Below are positions 9,747-18,597 of a DNA stretch of 64,000 nt, in pieces. Origin of the DNA: an uncultured Gammaproteobacteria bacterium (lineage in GTDB: Bacteria; Patescibacteriota; Microgenomatia; Levybacterales; UBA12049); the NCBI GenBank assembly GCA_964507055.1, contig CAZDOJ010000001.1:1105313-1169312 (forward strand). The letters run 5' to 3'. Position numbers and translations under genes: made by a program. Below the pieces are notes generated by a model. The model made no database searches. It saw nothing but the letters and a program-made list of their open reading frames with translations, and was not told the origin of the DNA. The first letter of the stretch is position 1. Each line of letters begins with the position of its first letter.

Positions 9747-12131
9747 TTAGAGTCTAGCACGTGTAGCAATTTCTGTTTCGATAACATCCACTGCTCTTCC
9801 GTACTTCAATCGTGAAAGTTCGCGAACTAATTCAGCGACGCGTGGATTTTCCATAGCCTTTTCCTTCTCTACATCCTTTGTCGTGTCCAGAGAGAACGGA
9901 CGAACAGGTTCACCATTAACGATGGTTCGCATATAACAATTGTATTTGTCGACGTTAATTAAGTCCTGTTCACTAAAGATCGGTTGGAATTCATGTTGGA
10001 GATAATTTGCATCAGTCACACCGATACGAAACGACGCAATTGTACCGACGTTACCGAAGATAGCGTTCTTAATTTCCTCTTCCATCTGTCCAATGAACTG
10101 ATTCGCCACAATAAGATTTAAACGGTATTTTCGAGCTTCAGAAAGGATTTGGGCGAAATCAGGTGTGGCAAAGTTCTGAAACTCGTCCACATACAGGAAG
10201 AAATCTTTTCGTTGGTCTTTATCGAGAATATCCTGACGACTCATCGCAGCTACCAAAATTTTTGGAACAAGAATCAATCCTAAGAAACTCGCATTTTCTT
10301 CACCAATTTTACCTTTGGAAAGATTAATCAGGAGAATCTTTTGCTCATCCATAACTTTACGGAAATTGAAGGCACTATCTGATTGACCGATGATATTACG
10401 AATCATTTTATTGGTGACGAAACGACCAAACTTGGAAGTAATATAATCCAAAACTTCAGATTTGTGGAAGTCAGAAGTCTGTGCAATTTGGTCGGTCCAA
10501 TACCTTCTGATGATAGGATCTTCTACTTTAGGCAAAATCTCTTGCACAAAAGCCTGGTCTGTCAAAACACGCATAACTTCAATGAACGTACTGCCCTTTT
10601 CGTACATAACTGTAAGCATCGCGTTACGAACAGCATGTTCAAAACGTGGACCAATAATACCAGTTTTGTTAGGATCAAATAACTTGTACATCAAACCGAT
10701 AATTGAGTTTACGACAAAGTGCTTTTGTTGTTCGGTTTCAGCTTCAAGCATGTTAAAACCCATCGGACGATCAGTATCTGACGGGTCAAAGAGGATAACG
10801 TCTTCGGCACGCTTTGGTGGCATCATCTTCATGATATCTTCAACCAAATCTCCATGAGGATCAATAACCGCAACCCCTTCACCATTCATAATATCCTGCA
10901 TGATCATACTCTTTAGATATTCTGTTTTACCTGTACCAGTTTTTCCAATGATATATGTATGACGACGTCTATCATCACGTTCTACAAAGACCGGTCGAGA
11001 AATACCACGAAAAGTACTTCGTCCAAGGAATAAACCAGTCGTTGGAAGGTTTGATGGAGCAGCCGAACGCTTCGCATTGAGCCAATGAATACCAGGTGTT
11101 GAAATCGATTTATTTGGAAAATGAAAAATACTAGCAAGTTCCTCAGTCGTAAGCACAGATGTCTGACGGAACATTGGGAAATAACGATAAATAAAATCAT
11201 TCATGAAGAGTCCACGATGGAATAGTTCGCGTTTTTTAAATGCATTACTGCCATTAAATTGTCCAAAGGCTCCAAAAATATTTGAGAGATGAGCTTTTGC
11301 GGCTTGTTCTGTTTTCGCACATACGACAATGCGTATGGTTGTATGAAAGCCAGCTTTGCTTAACTTATTTTCCACAGCTTCCATTTCTTTTGCATCTGTT
11401 TTGTAGCTAGCTTTATCGGGATTTGACTCATTTTTTTTCAATCCTGCAAGGTACGTCCTCCCGGCTTTTACCCATTTTGCATCTGCGGGTTTGATAAGGA
11501 TTTGTATTGCAGCACCTTCACCCTCCTGCATCTTTGCAAGAACTGAGGTAATAGAAGACATCGGATCTACAGCGAGATCCTTATACACTTTAATTGGCAT
11601 ATAATCACTTGATTTAAGGTCTGTATAAAGAAAAGCAACCTTGCCATCATCAGAAAAAATATTGTATTCTGTCCCGATTACTCCACCTTGACGCTGCTTT
11701 GCAGCAGGATCATTAACTGGAACAATATCAGCTTCAGGATATGCACCATTAATTTGTTTTTCCACAAAGTCACGATACTTCTGTGGCACATGGATGTAGT
11801 AACGAATATCACCCGGTAATCCTACAATTTCAAAAGAAAGATGTGGTTGCGGCTTAAAGTTTTCGAACTTCCCACTTCCTCGAATTGAAGTAAGACTTGC
11901 AAACATCTGTTGTGCAGCATCGATCTTTGTATCATTATCTCGTGGCACTGTCACTTGTAATAATACTGAATTTAATGAATCAGCTTCACGAGTATGATGA
12001 CGCAAGTAAAGAACGACAGCCCAGTAGAGTCCCCAAAAGATCGCCGCAATTGCTCCGAGAAGAAGCACTATACCTATAAGTGAAGCCATCGCGACTAAAA
12101 CATTATCTACAGTAAGTATTGGTAATTCCAT
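9747..12131 (-). CDS. FtsK/TraG/VirD4-family coupling-protein-like ATPase with N-terminal membrane anchor
   Basis: 794 aa; N-terminal double TM; Walker A 'IIGKTGTGKTEYL'; Walker B 'FFLYVDEFQNF' followed by 'ARKYRLNLIVANQFIGQM' (T4CP-like R..G..Q motif). Confidence 0.5.
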   Translation of the reverse strand: MELPILTVDNVLVAMASLIGIVLLLGAIAAIFWGLYWAVVLYLRHHTREADSLNSVLLQVTVPRDNDTKIDAAQQMFASLTSIRGSGKFENFKPQPHLSFEIVGLPGDIRYYIHVPQKYRDFVEKQINGAYPEADIVPVNDPAAKQRQGGVIGTEYNIFSDDGKVAFLYTDLKSSDYMPIKVYKDLAVDPMSSITSVLAKMQEGEGAAIQILIKPADAKWVKAGRTYLAGLKKNESNPDKASYKTDAKEMEAVENKLSKAGFHTTIRIVVCAKTEQAAKAHLSNIFGAFGQFNGSNAFKKRELFHRGLFMNDFIYRYFPMFRQTSVLTTEELASIFHFPNKSISTPGIHWLNAKRSAAPSNLPTTGLFLGRSTFRGISRPVFVERDDRRRHTYIIGKTGTGKTEYLKSMIMQDIMNGEGVAVIDPHGDLVEDIMKMMPPKRAEDVILFDPSDTDRPMGFNMLEAETEQQKHFVVNSIIGLMYKLFDPNKTGIIGPRFEHAVRNAMLTVMYEKGSTFIEVMRVLTDQAFVQEILPKVEDPIIRRYWTDQIAQTSDFHKSEVLDYITSKFGRFVTNKMIRNIIGQSDSAFNFRKVMDEQKILLINLSKGKIGEENASFLGLILVPKILVAAMSRQDILDKDQRKDFFLYVDEFQNFATPDFAQILSEARKYRLNLIVANQFIGQMEEEIKNAIFGNVGTIASFRIGVTDANYLQHEFQPIFSEQDLINVDKYNCYMRTIVNGEPVRPFSLDTTKDVEKEKAMENPRVAELVRELSRLKYGRAVDVIETEIATRARL

Positions 12132-12136
12132 ATGTA

Positions 12137-12763
12137 TTAATTGAGTATTTTCAGAAATTTATTTTCCTGCTTTTCTCCCTTTTTTCTACCATGCGTCGGA
12201 TCTAACTTTCTCCAAACATAGAGTACTAATTCCGCAAGCCAATGTTTTGAATCATTAAGTTTTGGATGCGTTTTCTCTTCATTTAATGCTTGTTCATATG
12301 TCATTGGTAATACTTTCACATTAAATGCATTCTCATCAATTGGTACTCCTGGACCAGAATGAGTGACGCCAGCTGCTTTAACAACCTCTGAAATCTTGGG
12401 TTGATCAAGCTCAGGAGTTTTTTCAACAATATTCTCTACACTCTTTTCAACCTGTAACTCTGGAGTTGTAGGTTGAATTTCAACTTGCTGTATCTCAGCA
12501 GTATTTTGGACAGGTTTTGTTGATACTTCCTGCCTTGCAGGCTGTACCTCATCTTCACTATCCTCAACTGATGAACTCCCAGTCTGTACTGGACCCTGTT
12601 CTGGATGTACAGAAATTGTTTGTGGTGTAGGGACAGATTGTACCACAGGTTCGTTCGGCGACATAGTTCCTGCAGAAATCGTCGGTGCAGGAGCTTGCCC
12701 ACGACCGATAACAGATGCCTGAGCGTTGGGTGTACTTTGACCTTGTGGAGTACTTGAATCCAT
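12137..12763 (-). CDS. hypothetical Pro/Gln/Thr-rich protein
   Basis: 208 aa, low-complexity N-terminal two thirds, short conserved-looking C-terminus; same strand as surrounding operon. Confidence 0.3.
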   Translation of the reverse strand: MDSSTPQGQSTPNAQASVIGRGQAPAPTISAGTMSPNEPVVQSVPTPQTISVHPEQGPVQTGSSSVEDSEDEVQPARQEVSTKPVQNTAEIQQVEIQPTTPELQVEKSVENIVEKTPELDQPKISEVVKAAGVTHSGPGVPIDENAFNVKVLPMTYEQALNEEKTHPKLNDSKHWLAELVLYVWRKLDPTHGRKKGEKQENKFLKILN

Positions 12764-12803
12764 ATATAAATCTTAGCACGATGTGGCTGGAGTAGCAATG
12801 AAG

Positions 12804-12941
12804 CTATTCTTCTCCAGGTTTCCACCCACAATCAGGACAGGCGGTTAAGACACCACACTGAATCTGAGCTACAGCGTTATCATCCGCTTCCCATTTACAT
12901 TGCTTACACACGATTTTATAGCAAACCTTACAATCTTCCAT
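12804..12941 (-). CDS. small zinc-ribbon protein (45 aa), translationally coupled to upstream gene
   Basis: Hand-translated: MEDCKVCYKIVCKQCKWEADDNAVAQIQCGVLTACPDCGWKPGEE; three CxxC pairs; ATG 1 nt after TAA of 12943..14331; below ORF-track length cutoff. Confidence 0.45.
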   Translation of the reverse strand: MEDCKVCYKIVCKQCKWEADDNAVAQIQCGVLTACPDCGWKPGEE

Positions 12942-12942
12942 A

Positions 12943-14331
12943 TTAATCACAACTAATTCCTGATTCTTCTGCAAATGCTTCTTTCGTCAGACCGCACCCT
13001 GGGCAACAATTTCCAACAGGCCCATCAGCTCGGAAAGAACATTTTGGACATGAGAACCATTCTTGTGCTTCAGGAGTCCCTTTCCCAAATTGTGAGACAC
13101 TATTAAGCATCATATCAACATTACTCCCACCCAATTTTATACCTGCTGATTTACCACAACCAACTTCTCTCTCTTCAGCCTGTTCATGACCATGACGTTC
13201 TGCAAGAGCTGCCATATATCGATATGCATCTGTATTAAGCTTTTGGCTTTTTGCATCAAAAACAATGTGCTCACCACTCTCTGGAACAAAATTTCGTTCA
13301 GGACTTAAAAGCATGATGTTATATGCACGTGCAATTGCTTCAGGATCAAAATCAGGTTTTGTTATTTGATCAAGCAAATAGAGCATTCCAGGAGTATATA
13401 TCCTTTGCAGTTTTTTCCATTCTTCTTCTGTTGTCGCTTCTACATCCATCGCAAAATTATCATTAAAAATAGTATCAATAGTTTGTCCTTCCTGAGCTGG
13501 TATAAGAAATGGATTCTCAAGATACCAAGCATCAAGTGGAATAGACGTTCCTGTTTGTTGCTCGCGTTGTTCTTTGCGTTCAAAAATTGTTGGATCAAGT
13601 CGCTGTGAAATTGAAGCATAATCATCAGTGTCAATTGAAGATGCAAAGCGTACGTAATTGATAACGCGTTCTCCGGTCTGCAGATTTTCATCCACTTGAT
13701 AACCGTCTATAAACTTATGCGAATAAGGAGAATCTTCAATCTGACTCTGTGGAGAAATTACCATAAAAGCTGTTCCAAGAGGTGTTTCTGGATCAGATAG
13801 TATACTTTGAATCTTTGCAAAACCCTTAACTTCAGCTTTCTCTCGTGCTAAATCTTTGGATCCTTGTTTTTCTCGATAGGCAACTCCTCGCTCGAGCATT
13901 GCTTCATATGGCTCTTCAGGAAAAGCATCATTTCTTATTTTTCCTTCTGCATCGAGGATTAATTGTAATCGACTCTCCTGTGTATTATGTCGTTCTCGAA
14001 GTGCAGTAGTAATTTGCTGTAATTCATTTTTTCGGAAACCTTCACGTTGTTCATCAGTTTCTAATCGTTCAAAATTCCACCTTGCAAGAACAGGATTATA
14101 GTTGTCTAATTCGCCTGAAAGGTTCTCTGCGAGACCAAGTGTGCTATTCCATTTCTGTTGCAGTTTTTTTACCTCATCTAATTCTCTATCTTTCTCTGTC
14201 AATACAGAATCCACTCGTGTTATTGCTGCATCCACCCGTGCAGAGATACCCTTTACAGGATTAAAAAATCGCTGGGAAGAAATGAAATCCTCTGGTCTCG
14301 TATGTTGATGTCCTCTTTGTCTTTCAAGCAT
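12943..14331 (-). CDS. hypothetical cytoplasmic protein with C-terminal zinc ribbon, cobalamin-riboswitch-associated
   Basis: 462 aa, no TM, C-terminal 'CPKCSF...NCCPGCG'; AUG directly preceded by SD-sequestering hairpin of a cobalamin-riboswitch-like leader. Confidence 0.5.
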   Translation of the reverse strand: MLERQRGHQHTRPEDFISSQRFFNPVKGISARVDAAITRVDSVLTEKDRELDEVKKLQQKWNSTLGLAENLSGELDNYNPVLARWNFERLETDEQREGFRKNELQQITTALRERHNTQESRLQLILDAEGKIRNDAFPEEPYEAMLERGVAYREKQGSKDLAREKAEVKGFAKIQSILSDPETPLGTAFMVISPQSQIEDSPYSHKFIDGYQVDENLQTGERVINYVRFASSIDTDDYASISQRLDPTIFERKEQREQQTGTSIPLDAWYLENPFLIPAQEGQTIDTIFNDNFAMDVEATTEEEWKKLQRIYTPGMLYLLDQITKPDFDPEAIARAYNIMLLSPERNFVPESGEHIVFDAKSQKLNTDAYRYMAALAERHGHEQAEEREVGCGKSAGIKLGGSNVDMMLNSVSQFGKGTPEAQEWFSCPKCSFRADGPVGNCCPGCGLTKEAFAEESGISCD

Positions 14332-14470
14332 AAAAAAACTCCTCGCTTCGGAGGAGTTGCATAAAAAAATATGCTTCTGCTCCGGAAGTCTTTAATAGGG
14401 CTCTGGCTTGATTTGAATCAAATCTTACAGTTGCGGCACAGCTTAGGATTTCCACCTAATTCACCCAAAT
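14332..14470 (-). promoter_or_regulatory. cobalamin riboswitch-like leader (aptamer plus SD-sequestering/terminator hairpin) upstream of 462-aa ORF
   Basis: mRNA sense contains GGUGGAAAUCC, GCUGUGCCGCAACUGUAAG and AAGCCAG (partial B12 box); 3' hairpin CUCCUCGCUUCGGAGGAG + U6 immediately before AUG, GAGGAG being the SD. Confidence 0.65.
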
Positions 14471-14473
14471 AAA

Positions 14474-15016
14474 CTATCTTTTAATCCACTTAATTTCTTT
14501 TTGTTTTTCTTGATGATTAATATATCGTGCGAGTGTAAAGAGAAGATCAGAAAGCCGATTGAGGTAAATAAGAATCGCTTGATCGACTTCTTCTTTTTCA
14601 GTTAAGGTGACAACCCTTCGCTCTGCACGACGAGCAAATGTTCGCGAAACATGCAGTAACGAACCTGATCTGCTTCCTCCAGGCAAAATAAAATTTTTCA
14701 GTTCTGGCAGCTTTTTTGTTAGTGAGTCGATCAGTGTCTCAAATTCTTTTGGACGATTTTCAAGACCAATTACAGGAATTGGATGCGGAGTCGCAAGCGT
14801 TGAACCAATTGCAAAGAGATCATGTTGGATTGTTTCGAGCTCTTTAGCAACACTCTTATATTTACTCTTTGGAAGGAATGCGAGGGTTTGACCGATAACG
14901 CTATTGAGCTCATCAACAGCAGCATAGGTTTCAACTCGCTCGTGAGATTTTGAGACTCGAGTACCATCAAAAAGTGAGGTTGTTCCTTTGTCACCTGTTC
15001 GTGTATATATTGGCAT
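14474..15016 (-). CDS. PduO-type ATP:cob(I)alamin adenosyltransferase
   Basis: 'MPIYTRTGDKGTTSLFDG...ETYAAVDELNSVIG' canonical PduO/MMAB N-terminus. Confidence 0.85.
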   Translation of the reverse strand: MPIYTRTGDKGTTSLFDGTRVSKSHERVETYAAVDELNSVIGQTLAFLPKSKYKSVAKELETIQHDLFAIGSTLATPHPIPVIGLENRPKEFETLIDSLTKKLPELKNFILPGGSRSGSLLHVSRTFARRAERRVVTLTEKEEVDQAILIYLNRLSDLLFTLARYINHQEKQKEIKWIKR

Positions 15017-15158
15017 AAAAAAATCCTTCCATGGCAGAAGGATTCATAAAAACTCCTGCTCGGGATAAAATGTTTTCTGGCTTTCCCCGACTAATCGGGA
15101 GTACAGTTGCGGCACAGCCACGGAATTTCACCGTGATTTCCTCTTAAATTGTCTAAAC
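15017..15158 (-). promoter_or_regulatory. cobalamin riboswitch-like leader upstream of PduO-type adenosyltransferase gene
   Basis: mRNA sense contains CGGUGAAAUUCCG, GCUGUGCCGCAACUGUA, AAGCCAG; 3' hairpin AAUCCUUCUGCCAUGGAAGGAUU + U7 ending 0 nt before AUG, sequestering SD-like GAAGGA. Confidence 0.65.
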
Positions 15159-15160
15159 TT

Positions 15161-17623
15161 CTAGCATTCAGAATAGCCACATGCGTAGCACTTCTTACAA
15201 CCTTCTTCGTAAGCAAAACTTCCTGATCCACATTCTGGGCAAATATCAAAGAGCGATGTTGATGAACTTGATGCTGCGACACCTGTTTGTGGAAGCGTCA
15301 ATTGGTTTGCAACAACTTCTTCTTCCCCAGTTACGATAGCATCAGCTTTGATTGGAACTGCGACACCATTGGTATGTCCATTTCCATTAGCAAGTGCTGC
15401 TTGTACTGGTGTGTACGATGCCTTGTCTTCAACTTTTCCATTAACTCGGAATTCACAATGACGAGCAAGTACCTTGGAAATTGCATCTGGAAGAGAACGA
15501 ACTCTGTTCTCTCCAAATCCACTTGAGCGGCTACCTCCTATGCCAGCAAGTTCTGACACAATCTCGCGGACCCGCTCCCGGGCAGGAACCGGACTGTGGA
15601 TACGTAACACAAAGGATACCATCCGGCCGAGCGCGTCCGCGAGGGCCATTAAATCAGAACCGCTTTTCCCGTGATTAATGAAGACTTCAAAGAGGTCGCC
15701 CTTTTCGTCCTGATTGATGGTGACATATAACTTCCCTGTTGGACTATCTGCTTTGTATGTAACGCCAGTTAACATCATTGGTCGTGGAACTCGTGGTGTT
15801 ACAGGAATAACTGGTTCTTGAGCGACTGGTACTTCGACTTTTGCTTCTTTCTTCTCTTCTCTCTGTAACACTCCGGTTCGTGAACCATCTCGGAAGTATG
15901 TAACTCCTTTAAGACCATTATCATATGCTGACATGTAAAGATTCTTTACATCTTCAACTGTGTGATGATTTGGAGCATTTACCGTCTTTGAAATTGATGA
16001 GTCAATATATTCCTGAGCAACAGTTTGAATCTTTACATGATCTTCAGGAGTCAAATCGTTTGCTCCGACAAAGTACTCTGGTCGTTCTTCATCAGGGTGA
16101 GAATCTTTCCATTCACCATAGAGTCCGTGATATACCATCTGTTTACCCAAACGACCGTTGTGAGAATATTCAAATTCATATACTGGCTCGACACCACTTG
16201 AAACTGCTGCGACAAGACTTGTTGTCCCGGTTGGAGCAATTGTCAAAAGTACTGCATTTCGAATTCCCTGCTTGTAGATCTTCTCACGAATATCTTTTGG
16301 TAATGCTTGGATATGATATCCCTTTTGATATTGGTCTCGCTCGTATTTTAAGAATGAACCTTTTTCTTTTGCAATATTTGCAGATGCTATATAAGCATTA
16401 TCACGAAGTGCTGCAAAAATTTTCTTTGAAATCTTTTCTGATTCTTCTGAGCCATACCGAACTTTCATTTTGATGAAGGTGTCAGCGATACCCATGATTC
16501 CCAAACCAGTGCGGCGGATATCTTTTGCTACTTTTTCATTTTCTTTAAAGAAGTAATAGGTATCGTCAATAACATTGTCTAGGAATCGCATTGCAACTTG
16601 CACATCTTTTCCAAAAGACTCGTAATCAAACCAGCCTGCTTTATCATTTCTCAAGTCATCATCTTTGACATATGCGGCCAAATTCATTGCTCCTAAGTTA
16701 CATACAGCCCAACCTCCAAGTGGTTGCTCACCGCAAGGGTTTGTTGCAAGTAATTTCTCAAAATACCATGTATTTGATCGTTTGTTGGAGCGGTCTAAGA
16801 AGTGGAGACCTGGTTCAGCTGATTTCCAAGCTGCTGTACAAATAAGATCCCACAGTTCTTTTGCTTGAACTGTCTTGTACACTTTTACTTTACCGCCATT
16901 TGCTTTCCAACTCCTTAAATCTCCATCCCAATCTCTATCATAATTTGGGTCACTAAGATCTGGATAGACAAGATCCCAAGGTTTATCTGCTTTTACAGCT
17001 TCCATAAAGTCATCTGAGACACAGACTGAAAGATTTGCTCCGTTGATCTTCGTCAAATCTTCTTTGACAGTGATAAATTCCTCAATATCTGGATGCCAAT
17101 CCCAAAGCATAAGCATAGTAGCTCCGCGTCGTGATCCTCCTTGTTGGACAATATCATGTGTTGCTACTGAGAAAAGGGTTGCCCAATTAATAGGTCCTGA
17201 TGAGGTTCCGTTTACTTTTTTGACGCGTGATCCACGAGGACGAAGTGATGAGAGATTTAATCCGACTCCACCAGCTCGGGATTGGATCTCGATAAGTTGA
17301 CCGAGTGATTCAAGAATCCCATGTCGTGAATCTTTAGGCGATGGTATAACGAAACAATTGAAGTATGTTACTTGATAACCTGTTCCTGCTCCTGAAAGGA
17401 TACGACCACCCGGAACAAATTTGAAATCCTCGAGGACTTTGTAGAATTCTCCTTCCCATTTCGCTTGCTGTGATTTCTTTTCTTGCTTTGCAATTCCTTT
17501 TGCAACGCGTCTCCACATTTCTTCAGGTGAGTGTTCAAGAAGTTCTCCTTCAACACCTTTCAATGCATATCTATCTAAAAATACTTTTTGTCTTACGCCT
17601 TCAAATTTCATAATGTTATTCAA
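15161..17623 (-). CDS. nrdJ: ribonucleoside-diphosphate/triphosphate reductase, class II (adenosylcobalamin-dependent)
   Basis: 820 aa; 'NPCGEQPLGGWAVCNLGAMNL' active-site region, 'TIAPTGTTSL', C-terminal CxxC..CxxC zinc ribbon; B12 context (PduO gene, riboswitches, nrdR). Confidence 0.75.
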   Translation of the reverse strand: MNNIMKFEGVRQKVFLDRYALKGVEGELLEHSPEEMWRRVAKGIAKQEKKSQQAKWEGEFYKVLEDFKFVPGGRILSGAGTGYQVTYFNCFVIPSPKDSRHGILESLGQLIEIQSRAGGVGLNLSSLRPRGSRVKKVNGTSSGPINWATLFSVATHDIVQQGGSRRGATMLMLWDWHPDIEEFITVKEDLTKINGANLSVCVSDDFMEAVKADKPWDLVYPDLSDPNYDRDWDGDLRSWKANGGKVKVYKTVQAKELWDLICTAAWKSAEPGLHFLDRSNKRSNTWYFEKLLATNPCGEQPLGGWAVCNLGAMNLAAYVKDDDLRNDKAGWFDYESFGKDVQVAMRFLDNVIDDTYYFFKENEKVAKDIRRTGLGIMGIADTFIKMKVRYGSEESEKISKKIFAALRDNAYIASANIAKEKGSFLKYERDQYQKGYHIQALPKDIREKIYKQGIRNAVLLTIAPTGTTSLVAAVSSGVEPVYEFEYSHNGRLGKQMVYHGLYGEWKDSHPDEERPEYFVGANDLTPEDHVKIQTVAQEYIDSSISKTVNAPNHHTVEDVKNLYMSAYDNGLKGVTYFRDGSRTGVLQREEKKEAKVEVPVAQEPVIPVTPRVPRPMMLTGVTYKADSPTGKLYVTINQDEKGDLFEVFINHGKSGSDLMALADALGRMVSFVLRIHSPVPARERVREIVSELAGIGGSRSSGFGENRVRSLPDAISKVLARHCEFRVNGKVEDKASYTPVQAALANGNGHTNGVAVPIKADAIVTGEEEVVANQLTLPQTGVAASSSSTSLFDICPECGSGSFAYEEGCKKCYACGYSEC

Positions 17624-18188
17624 TCGTGTTTATAGAATTATTGTTTTGCTTATACTGACAATTATCGTTTTGATAATAATTATTTTGTATATGATACTCT
17701 GTCTTAATTTCTTTATTGTTTGAGTTAATGCTTATACCAAAAAGTTGCAAAGTATAAGTTGCCCCCAAAACTAAGCCTAATGCACTTATTAGAACTTTTT
17801 TATTCTTAATACAAAAGTCTACTAATCTCTTGAAAAAGTTTGTATTCGTAGATGCTGTTTGGCCATGACTAACAGGATCTCCATTCTTATAATTATAATA
17901 CTCATCAGCATTTTTAAACCCAGTACTAAGATCAAAATATCTAAGCTTCTTTTCAAATTTCTGAAGCTGAAAACTTTCATATCCAGAATATACGTTTGAT
18001 TCAAATTTCTTATAAAACTTCGTAAACGATGCTTCTTCGAACGATGTTAAAGTTGCATCTGAAGCCACTACAATACCATCTACGGCAAATTGAGTTGTAG
18101 AAACCCATTTACTTGAACCTGCACCTAGAACAAGATTAATATCTGTGTTTAAAAGTTCGTCTTTAAATAATGGGTTTATTACTGGCAT
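17616..18188 (-). CDS. hypothetical protein, N/Y/Q-rich with C-terminal hydrophobic helix
   Basis: 190 aa; start overlaps nrdJ by 8 nt, stop-start overlap with next gene; no motif recognised. Confidence 0.35.
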   Translation of the reverse strand: MPVINPLFKDELLNTDINLVLGAGSSKWVSTTQFAVDGIVVASDATLTSFEEASFTKFYKKFESNVYSGYESFQLQKFEKKLRYFDLSTGFKNADEYYNYKNGDPVSHGQTASTNTNFFKRLVDFCIKNKKVLISALGLVLGATYTLQLFGISINSNNKEIKTEYHIQNNYYQNDNCQYKQNNNSINTIE

Positions 18189-18189
18189 A

Positions 18190-18597
18190 CTAATTTGCTA
18201 ACTTAATATTTTGATTTTTTTTCTGCTGAACATGGATCACCTTGATTTCAGTGGAGCCAACTTCAACTTTACCATCATTGATAACAAACTTGTAATCTCC
18301 TTCAGATTCAAAACCTAAGTTAACAAACTCAATCAATAGATTATTTCGACCATTTCCGCTTGTAACTGTGGTTATATCACTAGCATTTATTATTTTATTA
18401 TCATGCTCTAGCTTGATCGTTAAATTATAACTTTTATCCGGAGATCCTGATAATGTAGCAACTAGAAATGCTCTTGGAACACCGCCCGGAAATTGAGATA
18501 CCCTTATTTCATCAAAGATTCCATTAATGCTTAACTTATTCTCTCGTGAAAGAGATGCATATTCACATAAAGCTATAATTTGTGTTGTTAATTTCAT
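18190..18597 (-). CDS. hypothetical protein
   Basis: 135 aa; overlaps nrdR stop by 4 nt (coupled). Confidence 0.35.
   Translation of the reverse strand: MKLTTQIIALCEYASLSRENKLSINGIFDEIRVSQFPGGVPRAFLVATLSGSPDKSYNLTIKLEHDNKIINASDITTVTSGNGRNNLLIEFVNLGFESEGDYKFVINDGKVEVGSTEIKVIHVQQKKNQNIKLAN

Noticed and set aside
12436-12831. 131-aa minus-strand ORF overlapping the Pro-rich ORF and the small zinc-ribbon gene
   Set aside because: It is an alternative frame of the low-complexity Pro/Gln-rich region and has a basic, low-complexity translation. The 12137..12763 frame and the zinc-ribbon ORF are better supported by start context and coupling.
14332-14360. Hairpin + T-run interpreted as a simple intrinsic terminator for the PduO gene
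   Set aside because: Its 3' arm is the only Shine-Dalgarno for the immediately following AUG, and it sits 3' of cobalamin-aptamer consensus motifs. An expression-platform (SD-sequestering) role is more parsimonious, though a dual terminator role is not excluded.
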